Assembly: GCA_965217585.1 (NCBI GenBank)
Contig: OZ244561.1
Span: 3,936,001-4,000,000, forward strand
Direction of reading: 5' to 3'
Length of the DNA: 64,000 nt
Source: Candidatus Latescibacterota bacterium
Lineage (GTDB): Bacteria > Latescibacterota > UBA2968 > UBA8231
Under the pieces are notes generated by a model. The model did not search any database and was not told the DNA's origin. It worked only from the letters and a program-made list of their open reading frames with translations. Of this stretch, positions 38,596 to 47,663 are shown piece by piece. Numbering within the stretch: position 1 is the first letter of the stretch; each line of letters begins with the position of its first letter. A program made the translations under genes and the position numbers.

Positions 38596-39402
38596 TTATT
38601 GGCAACTCGGGCAATAGAAGGTGTTGCGGCCTCCCAGGTAGAGGCTTTCGATGGGTGCGTCGCAGACGCGGCAGTCCTCGCCTTGGCGGCCGTACACGTG
38701 GAGCCGCTGCTGAAAGCGCCCGCCCGCACCCGATCCCCGATAGTCGCTGATGGTCGTGCCGCCTTGGTCAATGGCGACGCGCAGCACCTTTTTGATCTCC
38801 TTAGCGAGCAGGGCCAAGCGCAGCGGATCAATGGCCGCGGCCGGGGTCGCCGGATGGATGCGCGCCCGGAAGAGGGCCTCGCTGGCGTAGATATTGCCCA
38901 CGCCAACGACCGTGCGGTTGTCCATAATGAGGTTCTTGATCGGGCTTTTGCGCCGCTGGCACTGGGCTTGCAGATAGCGGGCGTTGAAGGCGCGGGAGAG
39001 CGGCTCGGGGCCGAGGTTTTGCAAGTAGCGGCACGTGTACTCCTCGCCTTCGTCGAGCACCAGCACTAGGCCAAAGCGCCGTGGGTCGTTGAACGCCACG
39101 GCACCCCCGTCGGCAAACTCAAATCCCACGTGGTCGTGCTTGGTGCCCCACGGTCGCAGGAGCAGGTTGCCGCTCATGCCGAGATGGACCAAGAGCGTCT
39201 GGCCCGATTGCAGGTCGAGGAGGAGGAACTTGGCGCGACGGCGAGCGGCCGCAAAGCAATCCCCGACCAAGGAGCGCAACGCGGCCCTCGGCAAAGGCTC
39301 GCGCAGGCGTTTTGTACTGACGCGGATGCGGGTGATCGGCCGGCCTAGCAGGTGGCACTCCATCGCGCTGCGGACGGTTTCTACCTCGGGTAACTCGGGC
39401 AT
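38596..39402 (-). CDS. mutM: Formamidopyrimidine-DNA glycosylase
   Basis: MPELPEVET, HLGMSG, DPRRFG, GVGNIYASE and C-terminal zinc finger. Confidence 0.96.
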   Translation of the reverse strand: MPELPEVETVRSAMECHLLGRPITRIRVSTKRLREPLPRAALRSLVGDCFAAARRRAKFLLLDLQSGQTLLVHLGMSGNLLLRPWGTKHDHVGFEFADGGAVAFNDPRRFGLVLVLDEGEEYTCRYLQNLGPEPLSRAFNARYLQAQCQRRKSPIKNLIMDNRTVVGVGNIYASEALFRARIHPATPAAAIDPLRLALLAKEIKKVLRVAIDQGGTTISDYRGSGAGGRFQQRLHVYGRQGEDCRVCDAPIESLYLGGRNTFYCPSCQ

Positions 39403-39503
39403 GGGCAGAGTATAGAAGCCGCCAATAGAGGCGTCAAACATTGCCGACCGGTCTGCGGTTGGTATATTGAAAACCTTCACCCCAAAACTTAGGAGCTATA
39501 CCC

Positions 39504-40805
39504 ATGGATTTAACGCGACAACCGCCCCGCCGACCCTCCAACGCCCACGTCGCCGGCATCGCCGGGCTGGCGCGCATGATCGACAAAGCGCGCGGCCACA
39601 ATGCGGAGACCATCGGCGAATTCAAGTACGGAGACGATTCCGGCCTCGACGTCGAAGTGCTCGAATTTATCAATATGAACGCCGCCGAATTCGCCGAGGC
39701 CGTCGACGAACTGGACGACGAGGTTCTGGGCGTATTGGCGCTGGAAAGAGCGCAGAAAAGCCAATCGGAGATCGACGCCTTCAACGAGGAACACCTCACC
39801 CGCGAGCCGCAAGACGAGCTACACGAGCGGCTGCTCGTCGAACGGATCGCCAAGTACGCCCCAGAGCGCACGGACATCAAGACGGTCTTCGCCTCCATTG
39901 AATTGGACGACTGGGGGGCCTTTCGGGATCTAGACCTGACCGCCCAGCCGCCACGCAGCCCGTACCTCCGCAGCGTCTTCGGCGTGGCCGGCGCGGCGCG
40001 CATGGCCGACAAGGCGCGGGCGGTGACCTGCGGCAAGTTAGGCGAGTACCGCTTCGGCGCCGACTCCAGCCAAGACGCTGCCATTTTGGATTTCTTGGGC
40101 ATTGAGGAGGACGCCTTTCGCCAAGCTGCGTACGAAAATCCCAACGACGATGAGCTGAGCGAGTGGATCGCCGAACGCTGCCAGAAATCGGCCGCGGACA
40201 AAAGCGTCTTCAATGCTTGGCGCGCCAACGTCGGCCGCTACGGCGAGATGCACGAGCGACTGAAGATGCGCCGGGCCGAGGTCGCGCCCGAGCGCGGGGA
40301 CATCGAGACCTTCTTCGACCTGCAAGACCTCGACGACGAGTTGAGCTTTGGGCTGACGGACTTGCGCCGGCATCCGCCGCGCAGCCCGTTTGATCTGAGC
40401 GTCGGCGGCCTCGCCTGCCTAGCGCGGATGATCGACAAATTCCGCGCGGCGCACTGCAATTGTCTGGGCGAGTACTGGTGCGGCGAAGATTCGGGTTTCG
40501 ACCGCGCAGTACTGGGATTTCTCGGCCTCGACGAGGAGGCCTTCGCCGAGGCGATTGCGGCCAACGAGACCGACGCGGCACTAGTGGCGTGGCTGGGCGA
40601 GCGGCTCTCCGGCAAGGGCGAGGAAGAGAAGGCGCAGTTTAACCAACGGCTCCTGACCGCCAGCCCGCGCAACGACCGGCAGCAGAGCTTTTTGCTCAAT
40701 GCCGTCGCCCGGCTCGACGCCTCGCGCACCGATATCGAGAGCTTTGCGGCCCTGACCCTGCTCGACGACAAGGTCTCCTTCGCAAGGCTCAAGGCTGGCG
40801 TCTGA
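39504..40805 (+). CDS. Protein with three tandem DUF5069-like domains
   Basis: Three units, each DL...PPR.P...G.A..ARM.DK.R...GE...G.DS..D...L.FL. Confidence 0.75.
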   Translation: MDLTRQPPRRPSNAHVAGIAGLARMIDKARGHNAETIGEFKYGDDSGLDVEVLEFINMNAAEFAEAVDELDDEVLGVLALERAQKSQSEIDAFNEEHLTREPQDELHERLLVERIAKYAPERTDIKTVFASIELDDWGAFRDLDLTAQPPRSPYLRSVFGVAGAARMADKARAVTCGKLGEYRFGADSSQDAAILDFLGIEEDAFRQAAYENPNDDELSEWIAERCQKSAADKSVFNAWRANVGRYGEMHERLKMRRAEVAPERGDIETFFDLQDLDDELSFGLTDLRRHPPRSPFDLSVGGLACLARMIDKFRAAHCNCLGEYWCGEDSGFDRAVLGFLGLDEEAFAEAIAANETDAALVAWLGERLSGKGEEEKAQFNQRLLTASPRNDRQQSFLLNAVARLDASRTDIESFAALTLLDDKVSFARLKAGV

Positions 40806-41497
40806 TGCTCCGCCCGCTCATCGGCATCACCAGCAGCCTAAACGCCGACGGCCAGCAAACCCTCGACCACCACTACGTGGATGCGGTGGTGCAGGCGGGC
40901 GGGGCTCCGCTCGTGCTGCCGATGACGACAGAGCGCGCTGCGCTGCAAGCGGTATTCGAGCGCATCGACGGTCTGTTGATCACCGGCGGCCCGGGCATTG
41001 AGCGCGGCCTGATCGGCACCCTGCCCAGCGATCTCCCGCCGGTGGCGGCTAGGCGCGACCAAGCCGACCGCTGGAGCTTTGCGGCCGCGCAAGAGCGCCA
41101 GTTGCCGGTTTTGGGCATCTGCTACGGAATGCAGTTTATCAGCGCCGAGCTGGGCGGCACAATCTGGGCGGACGTGGAGGCCCAGCTCGGCGTTGAGCCG
41201 CATTCGCCGCAGCGGGCCGAGGCCGAGCGCATCGAGCACGATCTCCAAGTAGAGCCGGGCACGATGCTGGCCGCGCTGGGCCATGCTGGCCCTTCGCGGG
41301 TCAACTCTTATCACCTGCAGGCCATTGACCGGCCCGGCGCGGGCTTGGGCGTTAGCGGGCGCAGTGGCGATGGCATCGTGGAGGCGATTGAGAGCGAGGA
41401 TGGCCGCTTAATCGGCGTGCAGTTTCACCCAGAGCGGATGCCTGGGACGATATGGGTGAAGCTATTTGAGCACTTAGTGAAGCGAGCGGCGGATTAG
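40805..41497 (+). CDS. Gamma-glutamyl-gamma-aminobutyrate hydrolase family (peptidase C26) amidotransferase
   Basis: RPLIGIT, LGICYGMQ, VNSYHLQA and GVQFHPE motifs. Confidence 0.88.
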   Translation: MLRPLIGITSSLNADGQQTLDHHYVDAVVQAGGAPLVLPMTTERAALQAVFERIDGLLITGGPGIERGLIGTLPSDLPPVAARRDQADRWSFAAAQERQLPVLGICYGMQFISAELGGTIWADVEAQLGVEPHSPQRAEAERIEHDLQVEPGTMLAALGHAGPSRVNSYHLQAIDRPGAGLGVSGRSGDGIVEAIESEDGRLIGVQFHPERMPGTIWVKLFEHLVKRAAD

Positions 41498-41660
41498 GGG
41501 ATTAGTATATCTACTGAGTCATGCTCGAACGGAGAATGTTGATAACGCCCTCAACGACTTGTCTGAAGGCGTCTTCTGTTAGGCTTCCGATCTCTTTCCG
41601 CATGAGATTGTGATTGGCAGTAAACAGTTTACTAGGGCGAACATAGCTTGTCTTATGTAA

Positions 41661-42768
41661 GTGATGTTACGCAGCCGCTAGGCTTTGGTTTATCTTTTCT
41701 GTCATGGATAAAAAACTGTTAGACCTCTATAGTGACTATCTGTTGAGTTCTTTTGGCGCGACGACCGCCACCGGCCTTTCGTCTTTGTTAGATGGCCAAA
41801 TCAGCCACGACCAAGTGACGCGGTTTTTGTCCCAAGCCGACTACACGTCGAAAGAGCTCTGGCATCAAGTCAAATCCGTGGTGCGCACCATCGAGCGTGA
41901 AGACGGGGTGCTCATTTTCGATGATACGATTCAGGAAAAGCCGCACACGGATGAAAATGAGTTGATCTGTTGGCACTTCGATCATAGTAAGAACCGCTCC
42001 GTCAAAGGCTTGAATCTGCTCAATTGTATCTATCAGGCCGGCGATGTCAGTGTGCCGGTGGCCTATGAGTTAGTGCGTAAACCGATCCTGTTTTGCGATC
42101 GGCAAACGCGGCGAGTCAAACGCAAAAGCGAGGTGACCAAAAATCAGTTGCTGCGGCAGATGCTACGCACCTGCCAACAGAATCGCTTGAGCTACCGCTA
42201 TGTCTTGGCCGATAGTTGGTTTGCGGCCAAGGAAAACCTGTTGTTTATCCGCCAAGACCTGAAGAAACACTTTATCGTCGCCCTCAAATCCAACCGGACG
42301 GTCGCCTTGAGCCCCCAAGACAAAGCCCACGGCCGCTTCGTGCGTATCGATACGCTAGACTGGTCAGACCCCACGCCGGTAACCGCCTGGATCAAAGGAC
42401 TCCCTTTTCCAGTCTTGCTGCATCGGCGAGTCTTTACAAACAAAGACGATTCCACCGGCCTTTTGTATCTGGCCTGTAGTGATCTCGACCAACACGGAGA
42501 CGCCCTTGAGATGATCTATCAAAAAAGATGGAAAGTCGAAGTCTTTCACAAAACGCTCAAGTCCCATGCCGCGTTGGCCAAGTCGCCGACCAAACGGGTC
42601 CGTACCCAAAGCAATCACGTCTTTATGGCCATCTATGCGGCCTTCTCGCTAGAGTGGCTGCGCATCAAGCATCGGATGAATCCGTTTGCCCTCCGATCAA
42701 AACTCTATCTCAAGGCCATTCGACACGCCTTTGACGAATTACAGCAGCTAAAGGCTGCGTAACATCAC
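41661..42768 (+). mobile_element. IS701-like insertion sequence with 16-bp perfect IRs and 8-bp DR
   Basis: IRL GTGATGTTACGCAGCC, IRR GGCTGCGTAACATCAC. TTATGTAA duplicated at 41653-41660 and 42769-42776. Confidence 0.92.
41704..42762 (+). CDS. IS701-like DDE transposase
   Basis: SHDQVTRFL, IFDDT..EKP, LADSWF and YQKRWKVEVFHK.LK motifs. Confidence 0.9.
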   Translation: MDKKLLDLYSDYLLSSFGATTATGLSSLLDGQISHDQVTRFLSQADYTSKELWHQVKSVVRTIEREDGVLIFDDTIQEKPHTDENELICWHFDHSKNRSVKGLNLLNCIYQAGDVSVPVAYELVRKPILFCDRQTRRVKRKSEVTKNQLLRQMLRTCQQNRLSYRYVLADSWFAAKENLLFIRQDLKKHFIVALKSNRTVALSPQDKAHGRFVRIDTLDWSDPTPVTAWIKGLPFPVLLHRRVFTNKDDSTGLLYLACSDLDQHGDALEMIYQKRWKVEVFHKTLKSHAALAKSPTKRVRTQSNHVFMAIYAAFSLEWLRIKHRMNPFALRSKLYLKAIRHAFDELQQLKAA

Positions 42769-42943
42769 TTATGTAAGGAGCCGGTAGCTAAGTGGGTGTT
42801 GGTCAACGCGATAGCTTGACTATCTCCATAGGGGTTACTCGTAATTTGGCAGAGGATACAATCTCCCCGATCTGCTTCGGCCAATACCAAGGCTGGTCTC
42901 AATTTCGTCTGTGACAGGTCGGAAAATGGAAATGGCACTAAGA

Positions 42944-43159
42944 CTATTGATCTTGCTGTAGGTGTGCCCATGCGGCATCCTCTTCTGGGCGATTCCAATC
43001 TTCAGCTAATGCGGCTTCACTAAGCAAGGCAGTTTCAGTCATATTCGACTCAGCGGAGAGAATCGTCACAAATGCACGTTGCGGTTTAGGCAATTGGACC
43101 GGCTCCAGTAAGCTAACATTGCCCTGCTCATCGATTACCGCTTCAATAATTTTGATCAT
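42944..43159 (-). CDS. Antitoxin of the MazF-type TA module
   Basis: IEAVIDEQG.V.LLEP N-terminus and SE.ALAEDWNRPEEDAAWAHL C-terminus. Overlaps toxin start. Confidence 0.8.
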   Translation of the reverse strand: MIKIIEAVIDEQGNVSLLEPVQLPKPQRAFVTILSAESNMTETALLSEAALAEDWNRPEEDAAWAHLQQDQ

Positions 43160-43195
43160 GTTCTACTCCTTTGGCCATCGGATTTGGGCATCCCG

Positions 43196-43212
43196 TATAA
43201 CTTTAGGTTATA
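43196..43212. promoter_or_regulatory. Palindromic operator upstream of the TA operon
   Basis: TATAAC-tttag-GTTATA in the AT-rich region between the divergent antitoxin and WYL genes. Confidence 0.5.
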
Positions 43213-43313
43213 AAAAAGGTTACAGTCTTAGAATGCCCTAGTCAAGCCATAATCATCGTCCCGAACTGTATGTAGTTCACGGGTTAGATTCGCATCTATG
43301 AAAGGCTGATTCG

Positions 43314-44285
43314 ATGAAGCAGATTGTGCGACAACTGGACATCCTGCGGACGCTTCAGGCACGGCGTTACGGAGCGAGCGTTCGCGAACTGGCAGACGAG
43401 TACAAAGTAGATAGGCGCACCATACAGCGCGATCTGGAAGACCTGCGCGAGGTAGGGTTTCTGATGGACGAACGGCGCACCGATCAGCGCATTTACTACC
43501 AACTACAAAAGGACACCAAGCTGCCACTGAACTTTCCGATCATGGAAGTCGCGGCGATGATCTTTGCCGAGCAAGCGGGCATGGGGCTGGTGGGGACGCC
43601 GTTCGGCGAGCACCTGCGGTCGGCGATTCGCCGGCTGACCCAAGCCATGCCCCCGGAGATGCGGCAATTCCTAGAGCGAGCCGCAGAGGCTTACGTGCCG
43701 CTGGCGCGCGGGCACAAGCCCTATGAAGACGCCCGAGAGATACTCGAAAACCTGCACGACGCCATACTGGAGCGCCGCGTGTGCTGGGTGAGCTATCGCT
43801 CGCCGGGGGCGGAGGCCCGGCAGTACAATATCGAACCGCTGCGCCTCCTGCCGCACCGAGGCGGTCTGTACGTGATTTCGCGGATGCCTTACTACGACCA
43901 GCTCATTACGCAGGCGGTGGATCGCTTTGAGGCGGTGGACGTGACCGAGGAGGAATTCGAGCCGCCGGATCACCTGTCGGTTGACGAACGATTGAGCAAT
44001 GCGTTCGGCATCTCATCCGAGGAGCCGATGGACGTGGTGGTTCGGTTCACCGAGGAGCAGGCACCCTATATACGGGAGCGGATCTGGCATCCGAGCCAGA
44101 CGCTGGAAGAAATGGACGACGGTCGGATAGTGCTGCGGCTGCGGGCCGGGGGGTTTTACGAGATCAAGAGTTGGGTGTTGAGCTTTGGAGCGGCGGCTGA
44201 GGTGCTGGAGCCGGATGAGTTGCGGGAGGCGGTGCGGGAAGAGATGCGGGCGGCGCTGGGATTGGATGACGAGGGTGCGACGTGA
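43314..44285 (+). CDS. wHTH-WYL-WCX transcriptional regulator (PafBC/DriD-like)
   Basis: VDRRTIQRDLEDL wHTH, IEPLRL...GLYV WYL region, IRERIWHPSQ and WVLSFGAAAEVLEP..LR WCX. Confidence 0.92.
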   Translation: MKQIVRQLDILRTLQARRYGASVRELADEYKVDRRTIQRDLEDLREVGFLMDERRTDQRIYYQLQKDTKLPLNFPIMEVAAMIFAEQAGMGLVGTPFGEHLRSAIRRLTQAMPPEMRQFLERAAEAYVPLARGHKPYEDAREILENLHDAILERRVCWVSYRSPGAEARQYNIEPLRLLPHRGGLYVISRMPYYDQLITQAVDRFEAVDVTEEEFEPPDHLSVDERLSNAFGISSEEPMDVVVRFTEEQAPYIRERIWHPSQTLEEMDDGRIVLRLRAGGFYEIKSWVLSFGAAAEVLEPDELREAVREEMRAALGLDDEGAT

Positions 44286-44309
44286 TCTGTCGCAGGAGTT
44301 CAGTAATAT
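44276..44309 (+). promoter_or_regulatory. Putative WYL-activator binding site and -10 element
   Basis: TGCGAC-N7-GTCGCA palindrome. TGTCGC-N10-TAATAT spacing. GAGGAG RBS and ATG at 44350 follow. Confidence 0.7.
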
Positions 44310-44349
44310 CTTCCAAGGAAGCCGTAAATTTTACACAGAGGAGATGAAG

Positions 44350-44458
44350 ATGAGGCACTTTAAGCTTGTGGCGTTAGCAGGAAATCCTAACTGGGCACTC
44401 AATGAATTTAAGGCTGGGAGGGCTCGTTATGGCTGGAGTTGGTTTCCCGGTGCAGATC
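44350..44458 (+). pseudogene. 5' fragment of first WYL-regulated gene, truncated by IS5
   Basis: MRHFKLVALAGNPNWALNEFKAGRARYGWSWFPGAD with good RBS, ending exactly at the IS end. Confidence 0.6.
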
Positions 44459-45636
44459 GGCTTTGTTGCATGAAACCAGGTCGGCTGTGTTGGCCTCTTG
44501 GTTTTTTGGTTTACGCTTTTTTTGTGATCGGATAGGACTCGGGTTTGGCCAACGCGAGCAGTCGGTTAAGTACCGCACAACCCAACCGTGTTTCGGTCTG
44601 TTGGTGGGGTAAGGTTCGGGCGCGTAAGGTATCGCCGAGTATCTGTTTATAGCGGCCTATCTGCGTTTCGGCGATCGAGCGGCGATGATAGCCGCTGTCG
44701 TTTTTCCAGGTTCGACGGCCCCGTTGGCGGATCGCTCGAATCGTCTCATCGCGGGGTAACGGCTCGGCGTGAGTGTTGCCATGTTGCTCGATTTTGGCGT
44801 CCTTGCGCGGCGGAATGATCGGGCGAATAGGCCGGCCTTGATCGGGCGCGGCCAACGCGTCGAAGACCTTGCGCTTATCATAGGCTCCATCGCCACCCAA
44901 CGCGACCACGGACGCTTCGACTTGCTGCAGCAACGGCTCCACCTGCGAGGCATCATCTCGGCGGTTGGTGGTCAAGGTCTGTGCGACGATTTCGCCGGTA
45001 GCCTCGTTGACCCCTAGGTGCAATTTGCGCCATGCGCGCCGCTTCGTCCAACCGTGCTGACGCACCTTCCACTCGCCTTCCCCATACACTTTCAGCCCCG
45101 TCGAGTCAACCACCAAGTGCAGGGGTTGGTCGGTACGCTGGGGCGGTAGATCCACCGCCAAATCCGCCTGACGGCGAGACCAGGTCGTGTGATCGGGCCC
45201 CTGTAGATCCAGTCCCATCAAGGCCAAGATGGAGCCGACAAAGCCCTCGGTTTGGCGCAGCGGCAAATGATAGAGCATCCGTAGCGTCAACGCCGTTTGG
45301 ATGGCTCCATCCGAAAAGGTGTATTGCGCTCCCCGCTGGGAGGGCCCTTGATAATACCAAGCTTGAACCGCTTGGGGGCTAAACCACACCGTCAGACTCC
45401 CCCGCTGTTTAAGGCCGGCCTCGTAGGCAGACCCATTACGCACCCGGTATACGACCTTCGGGCGACCGCGAGCAAACTTGACCGGGGAGGAAGAAGACGA
45501 TACCTTGGGCATGACAGGTTCCTTGGACGAGAAAGCATGGATTTTTTGCCAAAAAGGTCCTGCCCAAACTACTAAGGAACCTGTCTTTATTCAACCAATG
45601 AACACAAGAAAAACCGACGATTCATGCACCAAAGCC
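44459..45636 (-). mobile_element. IS5 family (IS903 subgroup) element, no flanking DR
   Basis: GGCTTTGTTGCATGAA and TTCATGCACCAAAGCC IRs (15/16). Flanks do not match each other. Confidence 0.9.
44511..45512 (-). CDS. IS5/IS903-type transposase
   Basis: RGSLTVW, LPLRQTEGF, VDSTGLKVYGEGEWK, WRKLHL, DGAYD and SGYHRRSIAET motifs. Confidence 0.93.
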   Translation of the reverse strand: MPKVSSSSSPVKFARGRPKVVYRVRNGSAYEAGLKQRGSLTVWFSPQAVQAWYYQGPSQRGAQYTFSDGAIQTALTLRMLYHLPLRQTEGFVGSILALMGLDLQGPDHTTWSRRQADLAVDLPPQRTDQPLHLVVDSTGLKVYGEGEWKVRQHGWTKRRAWRKLHLGVNEATGEIVAQTLTTNRRDDASQVEPLLQQVEASVVALGGDGAYDKRKVFDALAAPDQGRPIRPIIPPRKDAKIEQHGNTHAEPLPRDETIRAIRQRGRRTWKNDSGYHRRSIAETQIGRYKQILGDTLRARTLPHQQTETRLGCAVLNRLLALAKPESYPITKKA

Positions 45637-47663
45637 ACTTTCTGGCGCAACTGGAGGACTTTCAAAAGCAACTCTGGCTGAAGAAAAAGTTTGTACTCGA
45701 AACCAACTGGTGTGTTACTCTAAATCGCATCCCGAAGGCTTTGTATCCCGAGATCGCCACCAACGCGGCACAGTGCGAGGAATGGGTTGAGTTGTTCGCC
45801 GTTGACGAAATTCCGGGTGATCTGATAAACGGAGGTGCGACTTGGAGCAATCCGCCGAGTCTCGATTTCCTCAAGGCCAACCCCTACCTGGTGCTGGACA
45901 CGCGGCACTTTGACCGCGATTTCACCGACCGACTGCTGGCGGCACTCTCCGACTCTGGATCGCTTGATGAGCAGTTGGACGGTCTGCTGGTGCATGGCGA
46001 AAATTTTCAGGCGTTGAATCTGCTGCAAGCACGGTATCATGGGCAGGTGCAGTGTGTCTATATCGATCCTCCGTACAATACAGATGCGACACCGATACTG
46101 TACAAGAATGACTTAAAAAGTTCATCGTGGCTAGGTTTACTACATTCTCGATTGATACCAACCATGACTCTTCTAGAACGCAATGAACATGCCTTATGCG
46201 TTGCGATTGATGATACTGAGTTAGCAAATCTTTCAAAACTAGTCGAGATTGACTTCCCACACTATGAACTCCACCGTGTTATAGTAAATCACTATCCGGG
46301 ATCAGGAACGGGACGAAGCAACGTAACACGTACACACGAGTATGGTTTATTTTTAGTCCCTAAGGATGTTGACATCGTCAGAGGAAAAGCTAAATCGGAT
46401 GGAAAACGCGAAAGAAACTTTCGTAGGAGCGGGACCGGAGAAAATAATTATCGAACTGGTCGTCCAAATAGTTTTTACGCAGTTGTGGTCAATCCGAAGA
46501 CCTATAAGATCATTCGTGTCGAAGAACCACCAAGACTTGGCTCTAGCTATCCAAAAGAAACAACTGAAGAAGGATACATTCGTATTTATCCGATTGGAAA
46601 AGATGGATCTGAACGAGTATGGACTCTTAGCTACGAAAGAGCTAAGTTAGCTTTGAAGCAGGGGACACTTTTATGTACACAGAATCTTTCAATAAACAGA
46701 ATTTACGAAGACAAAAACTCCAGAAGTTTGTTAAAAAGTGTATGGCTAGATAAAAAGTATAATGCTGTAACAAACGGCACAAATCTCTTGAAAGATCTTT
46801 TTAGTGTCTCGAATTTATTTTCTTATCCAAAATCAATATTTACAGTTCAAACATCCATAGATGCGATCATATATGAAAATGATGAGGCTATTGTACTCGA
46901 CTACTTCGCTGGCTCCGGCACCACCGGCCACGCAGTTATCAACCTCAACCGCGAGGATGGTGGACAGCGCAAGTATATTTTAGTAGAAATGGGCCATCAC
47001 TTCGACACAGTTCTGTTGCCGCGAATAAAGAAAGTCATCTATTCACCAGATTGGAAGGATGGCAAGCCGGTTTCGCGCAATGGCGTCACGCAGTTGTTCA
47101 AGTACATCCGACTGGAATCGTATGAAGATACGATGGACAGTCTTGAAGTGACGCCACCTTCAGATGCACAGCAGGCTTTGCTGGCCGAGAATACCGCGCT
47201 GGCCGAGGATTATCGGCTGCGCTACGCACTCGGTGTGGAGACTGCTGGTAGTGCGTGTCTGCTGAGCAAGGCGTTCGCTGATCCCTTCACCTACACGCTC
47301 TCCGTCGTGCGCGATGGTGTGCGCCGAGAAGTTCAGGTTGATCTGCCCGAGACCTTCAACTACTTGATCGGTTTGTGCGTGGTATCCCGCCAGCGGATTG
47401 ACGGTGTGCTCGCTATCACAGGCATAGACCCCGAAGGGCGCAACTGTCTGATCCTCTGGCGCAATCTTGACGAAACGGACCACGCCTCGCTGGACACCTA
47501 TTTTGATCGTAATCGTGAACAATTCGGATCACTGGACATCATCTACGCCAACGGCGACCACACTCTGAACGCCATGCAGCAATACGGCGAGAATTGGACT
47601 GCAAAGACCATTGAGCCAATTTTTCGTGAATTGATGTTTGGGGGGGCCAACAATGAGCAATAA
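45624..47663 (+). CDS. mod: Type III R-M methyltransferase (Mod), 5'-truncated, ATG supplied by IS end
   Basis: YIDPPYN, YPKS and LDYFAGSGTTGHA motifs. Begins at the normally internal FLAQLEDFQKQLWLKKKFV segment. Confidence 0.85.
   Translation: MHQSHFLAQLEDFQKQLWLKKKFVLETNWCVTLNRIPKALYPEIATNAAQCEEWVELFAVDEIPGDLINGGATWSNPPSLDFLKANPYLVLDTRHFDRDFTDRLLAALSDSGSLDEQLDGLLVHGENFQALNLLQARYHGQVQCVYIDPPYNTDATPILYKNDLKSSSWLGLLHSRLIPTMTLLERNEHALCVAIDDTELANLSKLVEIDFPHYELHRVIVNHYPGSGTGRSNVTRTHEYGLFLVPKDVDIVRGKAKSDGKRERNFRRSGTGENNYRTGRPNSFYAVVVNPKTYKIIRVEEPPRLGSSYPKETTEEGYIRIYPIGKDGSERVWTLSYERAKLALKQGTLLCTQNLSINRIYEDKNSRSLLKSVWLDKKYNAVTNGTNLLKDLFSVSNLFSYPKSIFTVQTSIDAIIYENDEAIVLDYFAGSGTTGHAVINLNREDGGQRKYILVEMGHHFDTVLLPRIKKVIYSPDWKDGKPVSRNGVTQLFKYIRLESYEDTMDSLEVTPPSDAQQALLAENTALAEDYRLRYALGVETAGSACLLSKAFADPFTYTLSVVRDGVRREVQVDLPETFNYLIGLCVVSRQRIDGVLAITGIDPEGRNCLILWRNLDETDHASLDTYFDRNREQFGSLDIIYANGDHTLNAMQQYGENWTAKTIEPIFRELMFGGANNEQ

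Larger units (their letters stand above)
41511..42971 (-). pseudogene. mazF: PemK/MazF toxin gene split by IS (5' half 42971-42769, 3' half 41660-41511)
   Basis: VLVPFPFSDLSQTKLRPALVL...CQITS...GSLHK continues in frame after removing the IS and one DR copy: TSYVRPSKLFTANHNLMRKEIGSL...SSMTQ*. Confidence 0.9.

Noticed and set aside
43260-43283. Imperfect palindrome upstream of the WYL gene as a LexA or WYL operator
   Set aside because: GAAC/GTTC spacing does not fit known SOS boxes and the symmetry is weak.
47640-47646. G7 tract at the end of mod as a phase-variation switch
   Set aside because: Short and in the last codons. Slippage would barely alter Mod, and no SSR is seen in the surviving 5' region.
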